Shown here: piece by piece, positions 51,001 through 62,738 of the stretch | Layout: every line of letters begins with the position of its first letter | Position numbering within the stretch: the first letter of the stretch is position 1 | NCBI GenBank assembly: GCA_907165135.1 | Contig: OU015566.1 | Span: 186,001 to 250,000 of the forward strand | Origin: Oikopleura dioica | Taxonomy: Eukaryota; Animalia; Chordata | Reading direction: 5' to 3' | DNA: 64,000 nucleotides | Program-made: the position numbers and the translations under genes | Notes under the pieces: generated by a model | The model's database searches: none | The model's input: only the letters and a program-made list of their open reading frames with translations | What the model was told of the DNA's origin: nothing

Positions 51001-53310
51001 CAATATCATATTATAATTATATTGTCAGTTCACTTAATTATGGAATTTTGGACATTTTTTGTGCCAACATTTTCGCAAAAATGTCCAAAAATTTGATACA
51101 AGCTACCAAAAAAAATGTCCAATCCAAAATGCTTAAAAATTTTTTTCTGAGGAAAATCTCAATCATCCTCTGTTTCATCCTTCTTCTAAAGACGAAGAAT
51201 GTTCCAGAGGTACGAGATCAAACTTCAATCTTATCTTTCTCAAAGAAAAAGTGTGATTTTTGATAAAAAAACGTCATATTTGGCAAAAAAAAAGATAATT
51301 AAAAATTTTTGCACAGAATATGTCCGAAAATTTAATACATGCATTTTTGAAAAGTGTCTCAAAAAAACCCCATAAAATTGCAAAAATGTCCAAAAATTTG
51401 ATGTCCAAAAATTCCATAAAAAACTGTATGTGCAAAAGAGGCTTTTGTGCCAGTGAGGTTAAAAAACCATATCAGAGCTTGTGTAAGGAAAAATCCAACC
51501 ATCAGCAAAAATAACATCAAGTTTATTTTCAATTCTTCAAAAAGAATTACAGTTGACTCGCACAGGAGTCTGAACTATGGACCCGCACAATTTGGCCCTT
51601 TTTCCGAATTTCGCGAAAATTAATGAAATTCGCTCAATAAGCCATCTTTGTGAATATCTGTCAAATTTGCTTGCTCAAACGTATTTTGTAAGATGTATTC
51701 ACGAGATAAATGCTATTTCTTACTCTTTATTCTGATAAACACGTAGAATTTACGGGGATAATTGACAAAAAAATGAGATTTTAACATTTTAGGGCTCTAT
51801 AATTGATCTTTTTTTGAAGGAGCAGCAAATTAATCGGAATTTCGGACCCGCACGATTCGGCCCTTTTTCGAGAAATCTGCAAAACAAAAAAGGTCCAAAT
51901 TGTGCGAGTCAACTGTATATTTATTGATCTCAGATATTAAGAATCGATAAGAATAATTTCATGAAATAGAAAATTTTAAATTTGAAAAATAGGGAGCCTT
52001 TTGGAGCAGGTTGAAAGCAGGAACACGGATTTTTTCAAGATTTAAAACGCTTTTTTTGCTTATCTGTTTTTTCCGCAATAATAAAAACCTAGATGGTTTT
52101 TAAAGAAGAATATTTTTTAGGTTCCACTTGCAGACCCTAATACAAAGAGCTCAAGGACGAAGCTAGAATAAATAAAGACTTGCTTGTTCTTGATTTAGAG
52201 GAGAGTCTCTTCAATCTTGCATTCAAAGACGTCGGATACCTCGATTTCATCAAAAACTTCTGCGATAATGTTGACTTTGTCTTCAAGGGTGACGATGATA
52301 TTCTCCTCATCCCGATAAACCTCAAAAAACAACTAGAAAAGATAACAAATTCCGATTTCGAGGCCACTGGTTGTCTTAAACTTCCAACATGGACGAAACC
52401 CATTCGAGAACTTAGCAGTAAATCTTAGGGAAGACCATTTTATTTTTCATTTCTATGCGTTTGTTCGCTTGGGCTTAAAAACGCGTCGTCAATATCATAT
52501 TGTCAATGTGTATTTTAACATGTGATGAAGAAATATTTACACAAAAAGTATTCATATGAGTCTAGTTTTAAAAAAAATGCCTAAAAAGAAAAAATTCGAA
52601 GAGTTTTATAGTAACTTGTAACCTATAGCTTTTAAATTTGAGAAAATTTTTTTTGAGATAAAAGTCCTAAAAATAGCGCTTGAAAATGCAATTTATTTTT
52701 CGAGGACGGACGGTGCCGATACCAATCAAAAATTGGTACCCGGTACCAAAAAATGTCACGATACCGAACCAAAATTATTTTTAAAAGGTTTATTCGCTAA
52801 ATAAATGAAGTTTCCGGACCTTTCAGCCGCGGAGCGGACATAAGATTTTTGATGAGTCAGAAAAAATGCTTGACTTTGGTACCGGGTACCAATTTGGTAC
52901 CGGCACCGTCCTTTTCCTTATTTTTTATAAATAAAATGGTCATCCCGTTTCAATACTTCGTCCCTGAGCAAGTTTATTCCGAAGATAGTTATCCTGCATA
53001 TTTTTCAGGACTTGCCTATATAACGACAGGAAATTTTTCATTAAAATTGGCAGAAAAAATTCCTTTTGTTCAAATAACTCCAATTGATGATGCTTATGTT
53101 GGCTCTTTAATTGCCGCGACGGGTCAAAGTGAAAAAATGCTTCAATCATGGACTTTCTGCGAAGGCGTCAGAGCAAGCGCGAAGGCAAAACGCTACAGAA
53201 CTCGATGTGACCTACTCCGTCTGACCGTGTATCACAAAGTGACTGACTATCAACAGATGGAAACAATGTTCAATGATCTTGTTTCAAACAATCACACTTG
53301 TATTTTCTGA
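48081..53310 (+). CDS. GT31 beta-1,3-glycosyltransferase, paralog C, spliced
   Basis: Exons ~48081-48213/48231 (TM), 49683-49922, 52148-~52422, ~52954-53310. Motifs LIFGIKSMP...RETLRRTW, KVVFITG, LDLEESLFNLAFKD, FVFKGDDD, SKYFVP, YPAYFSGLAY, PIDDAYVG. Confidence 0.88.
48289..49662. mobile_element. Tc1/mariner-type MITE containing a foldback insert (48400-49037)
   Basis: ta|CAGTGATAACCC ... GGGTTTTCACTG|ta. Internal ~282-bp inverted arms. Confidence 0.85.
49924..52140. mobile_element. Degenerate CTGGGGTCGG-family element forming a GC-AG intron in GT31-C (nested MITEs 50310-50982, 51550-51915)
   Basis: TIR CTGGGGTCCGCAAC / CTTGCAGACCCTAA. TSD GACAAAGG / TACAAAGA. Confidence 0.78.
52426..52948. 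mobile_element. Degenerate hAT-like element interrupting the GT31-C SKY codons
   Basis: TIR TAGGGAAGACCATTTTATTT / AAATAAAATGGTCATCCCGT. TSD remnants GTAAATCT / TTCAATAC. Confidence 0.78.
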
Positions 53311-53598
53311 TTTCCTCTTTAAACCTGCTTATTAAATCTATTTCTCATTATAGGTTGGTGGTCGAGAATCAGATCTATTGCTATTTCATGATATTTTTTC
53401 ATCTTATCAATGTAAAATTTTCTGAGCATAGATGGGTGTAGGGCGCCAAGGTTCACAATTGTGAACCCGGTGCACAAAATTTTTAAAAGAATGAAATGAG
53501 GGGTTTATATGCGCTCTGCGCCTGATTTCATAGAAGAACTCATTTTTCACGTTATAACTTATAATCAATACTGAATCATACTGTATGAATGTCAATAA

Positions 53599-54616
53599 CA
53601 GTTGACTCGCACAATTTGGACCCGCACAATTCGGCCCTTTTTTACGAATTTCGCGTAAATTAATGAAATTCTTCTTCTTAAGGGGGAGCTGGTCGATTCT
53701 TAACACCTCTTTTAACAAGCATAACTCCTAGAATTTATTATGAAAGATTTTCATTCGATTTTTATCTGATAGAAAAGGGTTTAACGGAGGGGCCAACAGG
53801 AAAAAATTTGAAAAAAAAATTTACGATGTTGGAGAAAATTTATGTTAAAGACGACCCTACTCTTAACAAGGATTCCGGCCAAACCCTAAAAATTTTTAAA
53901 AATTTTACTGATGAAAAATATTCTTCAGACAATTATCTTGAGGCCAACGTGGAGAGAAAATTGGGATGCTATGGTAATTAAGGTCGTAACGGCCGATTTA
54001 AAAATGTCATTTTTGCTAAAAATCGTTATTTTTCACTAATTTTTATTAAAAATTTTATTAAAATTAATTCCAAAAAATCGCCGAAACCCGTAATTTTTTG
54101 ATATTTACAGTTTTAATCTGATAGAAAAACATATTATACATAAAAAAATAAAGTTTTGTTGGTTTAAGTGCGAAATAAACAAATTCTAAAATTCCAAAAA
54201 TCTCTTCTTCATGACATAAAATAAAAAATTTTCTATATTAAAGTTAATCCAATCAAAAAAAGGGAGAGACCAAAATTGTTCCTTTTTGATCGAGGAATCC
54301 AAAAATATCAGTAAAATTTTAAAAAGTCGACAAAAAATTTTTCGACCACCTCCCCCTTAATGAAAATTTTCTTGCTCAAACGTATTTTGTAAGATGTATT
54401 CACGAGATAAATGCTATTTCTTACTCTTTTTTCCGTTAAACACGTAGAATTTACGGGGATAATTGTATAAAAAAGTTATATTTTAACATTTAAGGGCTCC
54501 AAAATTGATCTTTTTTAAAGAAACAGCAAATTAATTTGAATTTCGGACCCGCACAATTCGGCCCTTTTTCGAGAAATCTGCCAATCAAAAAAGGGCCAAA
54601 TTGTGCGAGTCAACTG
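53599..54616. mobile_element. CAGTTGACTCGCAC MITE with nested TTAA element 53682-54356
   Basis: Same family as the uninterrupted copy at 51550-51915. The nested element is ttaa|GGGGGAG...CTCCCCC|ttaa. Confidence 0.85.
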
Positions 54617-54748
54617 TATATTTTTTGATTTATTCTTATTCGATGATGCATGTAAATATTAAAAAAAAAATTGAGCAGAAAATATTGATGTGAAATAAAA
54701 AAAAAATTGAAAATGGAGATATACAGAATCTATTTTTCATTATCATCA

Positions 54749-57700
54749 TCAAATGAATGATGGCTTAGCGAAACCAGGAATAGGCAAGCCGAAAGCAGCA
54801 TAATCTCCAATATATATCGCCAATAAATTCTCCAACTCGACATTCGTTAATTTTGAAAACTCTTCTTCTATCTTCAATTTTGAATGTTTCGTTGAATGAG
54901 CATTTGCGGATTGGAATCCCTGTTGAATTTCGTCGTAAGATGGGCTTCTGACGTTGAGTTGTTGCATCAAGCGAGGCATGTCTTCGTCCATTTGAGAGAT
55001 GCGCCCGATAAAGTCGAAATCGAACGCGCAGATGTCGCATGAGCTCTACAATGTTTTTATTGACAAATTCTATACAATCTCTCTCTAAATTACAAAAGTT
55101 TTAAGTGAAAAGACTTGATTTCACCGCCCAAAATTTAGGCGGCTTTTTCAATCGACTGTTATTTAAATCTATAAATAACCCTCTATGATGTACGCTATAT
55201 GATAAAGGGCCTAATTTGCCTTTTGTGGCAAGTTGCTTCTCGACGAAATTTGCTTATCGTCGAGAGGTTCTCGATGTCATCATGTATCGGCTTATTTGAC
55301 GTTATACATTTAGATGATAAGTTAGGTGTGAAAGACTTATTTGAAAATACTCCGAGAGGCATGGTCATAATTGGTTTTTTTCTTTGCCAAAACCCGAACA
55401 AAATTATTTGTAAATTTGAACGCAGTTTAAGGACCCCCCGTCTGGGGTCGGCAACTCGACAACTCAAAAACTCGACAGTCGAGTTGTCGAGTCGAGTCGA
55501 GTTGAGTTTTTGAAAACTCGACTCGACTCGACAGCCAATTTTAGTGTCGAGTTATGTCGAGTTGTCGAGTTGTGTCGAGTTTTTGTCGAGTTTTGTCGAA
55601 ATTTTTCGAGATAAATTACTGACATTGACGGTCAAAAATGCCGGAGTCATCATCTCTTTCAAAAATCTTCCGAGGTAGACCATCCTAGAAAGCCAGTCGA
55701 GGCAAAATTTTGAATCATGTATATGAATATCATCACATTTTCAAAACTCGACACAACTCGACACAACTCGACTCGACTCGACTCGACTCGACACTCGCTG
55801 AAGAAAAATGAACTCGACTCGACTCGACTCGACACGAGATTTGAGTGTCGAGTTGCCGACCCCAGCCCCCCGTCAGCTTTTTCCTCGAAAAATGAAAATT
55901 TAAAAAACACCATATTTCTGGTTCTTAATGCGTACTTAAGTTAAATTTGCTACAAAAACTTGATAGGAGGAATTTTTGACCAAGAAAAATCAATATTCTA
56001 GCCAAAATTAGGGCAAATTCGTCAATTTTGGGCGTAAAGTCAAATTTTCAAATGCGATTTTGAGGGTGTTAGAGTCTACATAGACCCCAAAAAAATGAAG
56101 CCTCAAAATTGTTTTTAGACCCGTAGAGTCCATTTCCGGGGTCAAAACTTAAAAATTCCGAAATTTGATTTTTCGAAAAAAGCTGACGGGGGGTCCTTAA
56201 TTTTCGAACTTTTCGAAAGTTACTCTTGATTCGCTCTGACAGAAAAGAATAAAATTTTTCAAATAATTATCTTATCTGGTTATTTTTTAAGAATATAGTG
56301 CGACACAAAATGTCCAAAAATTGTAGACTGACAAAGAAAAAAAAACGTTTATGAATCATAAATTATGATCAAATTTTGCTCCCGAGACCTATATTTTTCC
56401 ATCTTTCTTATCAAAAGAGACATTTTTATAACGTTGTTTTTTTTATGGCAAACTTGTTAAAAAGACTGCTTTGAATTAAGTTTGATTTTAAAAATTTATA
56501 TTAAGGGGGTAGAAACAGCTTTTTTCCGAAGAAGGCATTTTTTGACCGACGCTACAGACAAGAGAATCTTACGGTTTCAAATCTTCTCTTCATTTTTAGA
56601 TAGATACATCTTAGATCTAGGAACATCTCTCTCGAAATTTGTTTTAGTCATCAATTTTTTGAATAAGCGGGCTCAGGAGCAACTCATCTCTCCGAAATTC
56701 TCGATTTTCGCCAATTTTCAAACACGAATATCTCGAGTCACCTGATAGTTTAGCAAATTTCATTCACAGTTATGTGAAGCTCAACCCCTTTTCTAGGAAC
56801 ATTTATGAGGAATTTCCGTTAATATAAATTAATCTTATGTTTTCTTTTATGTAGCTACAGTCCAAAATCGAGAAAGCTGTTTCTACCCCCTTAAGGACCC
56901 CTCCCACGGTTTGGATTTTGCGGTTTTTCAAATCGCTGTAAGATCCATCATTTCACTTTTATTTTTCGCGGACACATTCTTTCCGTAGAGACTTTTTCAT
57001 ATCTCTATTAGGAAAAAATATATGGCATCTTGTTTAGTCGCTAGACGGCTTTGAAATTCTCGAAAAACCGAGCCGTGGGAAGGGTCCTTAACAGTATCAA
57101 AATTGGCAGTTTTTGGCAGTCAACATTGGCAGTCACTTTGCAGTGGCAGTCGTCATTTCTTTTCAGATTACTAAGGTCGTTAGGAAATGACCACGTGAGG
57201 CAAAAAGCCTCGAGAGGTAACTTGCCATAAGACACAAATTTGACGAAATGACCACGAGAGGTAGCTCCCCGATATCGCCAGGATTTTCAAAATGAATGTA
57301 TGAAACTACCATGGAGTTGAGCTCTAAGTGGAGATAGGAGAATCTGAGGTTCGCGAGAATACATGGGCTTTGCGCGAACCCCAATTCTGAGCGCGCCTAA
57401 TTTTGCGGCAGCTATGTCTAGCCAATCAGCGGACATTTATCTTCCACTCAGACTTTCGAGATTCGAGAAAGCGCCAAACAGGGGCTTGGAATAATTTCTT
57501 GAATCCTCTGACAGTAGAATGCGCGGGAAAGGGGGAATGGGACCAGGGACTTTCTCCCAAAAGAGTTAAACTCCATGGTATTACAAGTTATGCAATTTCA
57601 AAAAGATACTCAAGTAAAATTTGTTAACTTGGATAAGCACTTTTGGTGCGTCTTAGTTAGATGCTTTGAATTGAATTTTTGTTTTTGGATCCGATTTATA

Positions 57701-60591
57701 AAAAATCCAATTTTTGTACTAAGATCGCCATAACTTATGGCCCATAAGGCTAATGATTGAAGATACCTGAAGTGTATTCCAGTGAATATTAGTCTTGTAA
57801 TGATTGTCTTTCGCCAACCACCGGGCAAACATCTGAAAGCTGACATAATATCCCATTTTATGCGCGTCCATTTTTCGCTTCGGAAACAGAAAATTTTCGG
57901 GAAGATCGAACTCTTCTCTAATAATTTGCTTCCCAGGGAATTCGTAGTACATTTCACGATCCTCAGTTCTGTTCATTTTGTCTTTCCAGGCGGAGAATAT
58001 TCGGTCCATCGGGTCGCGAACAAAAATGAATTGCAAAGAGTCCTTGTCGATTTGGTCTAAAAACTTGAGTAAATATAAATCTTCAATTTTTACTCGAAAC
58101 AAAGGCTCACAAAAATCGTTACTGTTGCACTTTATTTTTCGTATAATTTTGGGCCACGAAAATTTGGCATCTTAGACAAAATCGCGAAAAAATTTTAAGA
58201 TCCCAAGTTTGAAAAAAGCTGCTCCTATTTTGTTAAAGAAGCTCTGAATTTTGCAGTGTAGAGAAATTTGCACCCAGAGATTTTGAATACTCTAAAATTA
58301 GGAGTCTAAATGTAAAGCGGTGCCCTGGGATCTGAAACCCACCTTTATAATTCAAAATGGAAAGCCTTGGGGTTTTCCCCAAGGTTTTCGAATAAAAGTA
58401 ATTTTGGAGGGCCATTTTTATTAAAAAAAAACCTGTTTTTACTTATGATAAGGAAATTTCTTCATAGATGTTGCTAGAAAAAGGGTTAAACTATCTTCAA
58501 ATGGAATTTCAAAAATTTGGCATGTCACGTGACTCTGTTCACGAAAAAATTTTTTAAGAGAAATGTTGTTAGATCTACGTTTGCTCAATCTTCAGCCGAA
58601 GAGAGAATTTAAATATCTAAGCTCGCCTGGCTTTGAGCGCCGGTCTAGAATTGGTTATTTTCGAAAAACCTAGTTCTACCCCCTTAAGAGCTACCTTTAG
58701 TAGCATTAACTAACCCTTGCTTTATAGTAGAAACTCATGATCAAAAACGGGTAATCAAGATTTTTATATTAGGATTTATCGTCGAACCGAGCTTAGTTAA
58801 ACGAACCTGGTTGCAAGAGACAGCCCTTTTCGAGAGAATCGCATTCATTATTACTTCGGTGATCGCCATCGAGAATTTGCTTTAATTGGACATTTATCTG
58901 AGGAATAATATAATCTTTTTATCAATTTTATTTTTTCTAAAATAATGACTTCAAAATCTGAAAAATAATGTCGGTTGCCACTGCCAAAATCGGAAGCTGA
59001 TTTTTGAACGCAGGAATTTCAAGAAACTTGGGGTGTTGCTTAAAATGAAAAAATTCCAGTTTGCGAATGCGTTCATTCGTTAAGAATCAATTAATCGTCC
59101 ATAATTTATGTCCTTCCTTGAATTGAACACCGATTGGATCCTTAATAAATCCTGTAATTTCGAGGAAGATTTGAGTCAGCGCCGTTGACGCAGACTTTGC
59201 CGTGAGACAGGTTGAAAACTTCACCCCGCCTTTTGAAAGTCCTTCGAGAGTTGAAGCCCGATTTTGTAAAGTTCTTGTTAGTGGACTTTGGCTTAAATTA
59301 AAAATGATTTAAAGCAAAGTCTGGGGTTCTGAAAAAGCTCTGTTCCATTTTAAGGGGGGGGGGTCGACGAGAATTTTTTCAAGGGTGATCGTAATTTCGC
59401 TTACATTATATAAGTTATATACAGAGTCTGGATATGAATCTTATTTTTTGGAATCTACAGATTCTCCCAATTTCTGGAGTCCCAAATCTGTTGAGCCCAA
59501 AATCATTTGATAAAAATAAGATTTAGGAGTTGAAATTAAAGAAATTTTAAACAATGACCATTTTGGTGCATTTTCGCGAGAATGGCCCTACTTTGACTGG
59601 ATTTTTGACCGATTTTTTCTTGCCAAAATTTTTTCTAGTTTTTGCTGCCTAATTTTTTCAACGCTTTTTTATCCCCCAGTAAAATCAGATTATGCCTATC
59701 AAATAAGGTTTTACCCGCATTTTTGAGCTAGGACCAAGTCTAGGGTCGGCACCGACCACCATTTTCCCAGGTCGGGTTGGTCGGTCTCCCAAAAATTTGG
59801 CGAAATCCGTGGTCGTTTTGGTTGGTCGGGTCGCCTTACTTTTGGTCGGTTTTCGGTCGGTCGGTGGTCGGTTTTTGGTCGGGTCGGGTCGGTTTTTATC
59901 CAAAAGAAATAATGGTCCGCTGTTAGTTATCACTAAAATTATACTCGATGGGTGAAGAAAATGAATAGGTTTCCGACCGAAACCGACGGGGAAGTGCCGA
60001 ACTGCGATTCTTTGTTCGCGACAAATTTTTCCAGAAAAAAATACTGGCCACTGATTGGCCGGTAGGCCGAATAGGGGCCTCTGATTGGCCAAATTTTCTC
60101 ATGGATTTTCCATGAAAGTTTGTCGCGAACAAAGAATCGCAGTTCGGCATTGGCCCAAACCGACCAACCCCACCGTCAACCGTTCAATATCCGACCAAGA
60201 CCGACCAAAAACCGACCAAAAACCGACCATACCCGACCACCGACCAAATAAAGAATAAAAATCACAGGTTTGATTCGTCGGGTTTTGGTCGGTGGTCGGT
60301 GCCGACCCTAGGACCAAGTTGCCATAGCAAAGATTTTTGCGCAAAAACTTTTTATGAAAAATTAAATCATATGATTTCTTTGATAGTAACTTCTGGCTAT
60401 AATAAATTTTACCTGCAGTACTCATGATGAGTCCTAAGCAAATCGGGCATAGTCGGCTTGTTTATTTCATTTGCTTGTTTACCGATTTTTTCTTGATAAG
60501 AACGCAAGACATATCTTGGATCGCTTTGCGAGTTGCCGGAGCCGGAGAAAACAAAAGAACCACCAATGATCAGAAAAATTAGGATTGCAGC
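54749..60591 (-). CDS. Carbohydrate sulfotransferase, CHST8-14/HNK-1ST type (Sulfotransfer_2), 5' exon not fixed
   Basis: Exons 60591-60413 (TM), 59291-~59129, 58897-58807, 58056-57767, 55045-54749. Motifs TCLTAKSAST (5'-PSB), FIFVRDPMDRIFSAWKDK (3'-PB), HWNTLQSSCDICAFDFDFIGR, IYIGDYAAFG. Confidence 0.88.
55442..55865. mobile_element. CTGGGGTCGGCAAC-family MITE with CTCGA repeats, inserted in the TIR of a TTAA element
   Basis: Perfect TIRs. TSD CCCCCCGT at 55434-55441 and 55866-55873. Confidence 0.92.
59740..60311. mobile_element. CTAGGGTCGGCA MITE with CCGAC/GACC repeats
   Basis: TIR CTAGGGTCGGCACCGACCACC and its reverse complement. TSD GACCAAGT. Confidence 0.92.
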
Positions 60592-62738
60592 CTAAAATTT
60601 TGATAATTCCAATTATATGATTGATAAATGACATCGTGTAGATAAATGAAGGAGTTAATTGCAGTTTGCTGAACGTTTTCGGTTGGAAGATCATCATCAG
60701 AGCTTCTTTTGTAAGACTGCAGAACTCAAGAGTTTTTGAATTCAACCATTTCATAAACCGTGATCTCAGCGAAATTTTGTAATACTAATCCGTTTATCCC
60801 CACCACCTAGAGTTCGAAATCTGAAAGCCTTTCAGATTCCTTTCAGTGAAAGGAAAAGGCAACAAGCCTTCTAAAATTGTAACTGCAACTGCCAAGTGAA
60901 TGCAAAAATAAACAACCACCAGTCGCAGCTGCAAGTTGACTGCCAAAAACTGCCGATTTTAATACTATCATAAGAAATTTTTAAAATCAAACCAAAATGA
61001 AATCAGTCTTTTAGACAAGTTTAACAAATAGAGAAATTATTAGTTACAATAAAAACGCCTTGTCTGGGACGGTCAAAAGTACGCCTGGTTTGAAACGGTC
61101 GGGCCGTTTAAGATCAAAGGCACACGCCCAGGGGGTGATTTTAAACTTATTGCGAGCGAAATTCGCGCCAGAGAGGAAAATGAAAAAACGCCTGGTTTGG
61201 GACGCTTTTGTTGATTAAGGCCGTCCCAGACCAGGCGTTTTTACTGTATATAAATGTCTTTTTTTGACAAATGATATGTAATGTTCAATGAAATGTTACC
61301 GTATTCCTCGGTCGAGTTTTATTTGGCATCATCTGCCTCAAAATTTTGTGTCCCTAATAGGGTGGGTCACTTTTAAAATAGTTATTCTAGAAAAACTATT
61401 TTTTCAATACTGAATTATCGAAAAAATTTCCAAAAAATTTTTTTTTTTTCAAATCTATTGAAAAAAGTTCTCTATTTGTGTCAGAACTATCCCCTGATAA
61501 AATTAAAATAAGTTCGGAAGACCAATCCTGAAAGTGACCCACCCTAGTCCCTAAACTCCAGTAGTGAAACTGTGTTTTGAGAACGACAAAAAAAAATAAG
61601 GAACGGATCCGAATATTCAGAACGCCCAGGTTCACAATCGGTTGGTTAACAATTTCGGTCAAAAAAGTGACTCAAATTGACTGAAGGCGCGGTTGTAGAG
61701 AAAGTTAAATACATCAAAAATGAGTTTCTCTATGGAATCAGGCGCGGAACGCATACAGACCCCTCATTTCGTTCTTTTAAAAATTTTGTGAAACGGGTTC
61801 ACAATTGTGAACCTGGGCGCCCTACACCTAAAAAATCTGACATCAATTTGTAGGCACTTCGCCCGCGACTTTCAATTACAATAAACATTGATTTGGCAGG
61901 AGAACGATCGGACGGAAAGACTTCATTTGAACAATAGCTTCATTTTCACATTTTGATTATGCTCTTGATCTGAGATAAATAAATTCTCCTTGGATTATTC
62001 ATGAAAAGATATAATTTTCGCTATGTTTGATTTAAAAAGAGACAAATGAATTGAGTCAAAAACGTGCCTTCTATGAAATACAGTAAGTTGAGTGAGTTGA
62101 ACCTTCACTCGGCGAATTCGGCAGACAAGGCAGACAAGGCGGTCAATGCAAAAAGCACGAAAATTGTCTACTTTTCCAACAGTTTTATTCAATCAAATAT
62201 TAAAAGCACAAAGTATGTGTTTCGATAGTAACCTGGCAAAAAAAAAAAATTCATTTCATTCGTTTCTCACTGAAAAATTCAACTTTGAGAAATTTCCATC
62301 GAAATTTGATCTTGAATTTCGGTTCAGGCTTATCTTGGGGGACCCAATCGGTAAATAATTCGCAGCAAACATGTCACATCGGCCATGTTCGTTGATATTT
62401 TGTGGTTTAAAATTGCTAATTTTACCTTTGATTTGATGATTTTCATGATGTTTGCACTCATCATTAAAAATTTATCTGATTTTATTTCTGGGACACCAGA
62501 GAAGAAAATAATATTATTAGATTTTGTTTCTAGAGAAGCAAAAGAAGTCAAAAATTGACATATTATTCAACAGCCTTTTCACAATAGGGCAAAAAAAAAT
62601 CTCAAAAAATTCTTAGTCGACACAGTTGGCCCAAAAATAAAAATCGGTTGTATCACTGAAGATAAAGCTAAAAGCTAAAAGAGAAGTGCATTTTAAGGTA
62701 ACCAGTGAGATTGCTGTATTATTCAATTAATCCCGGAA

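Noticed and set aside
52129-52143. Apparent nonsense mutation (C-R-P-stop-Y vs C-R-P-Q-Y at 822-836) in GT31-C
   Set aside because: Both CRPxY strings are translations of the TE 3' TIR plus TSD. The likely exons start at 52148 and 842, so the TAA is intronic.
55450-55860. Regular CTCGA/GTCGA arrays (and TGTAGCA arrays elsewhere) as CRISPR-like or satellite arrays
   Set aside because: Units are 5-8 bp with no unique spacers and are confined between TIRs.
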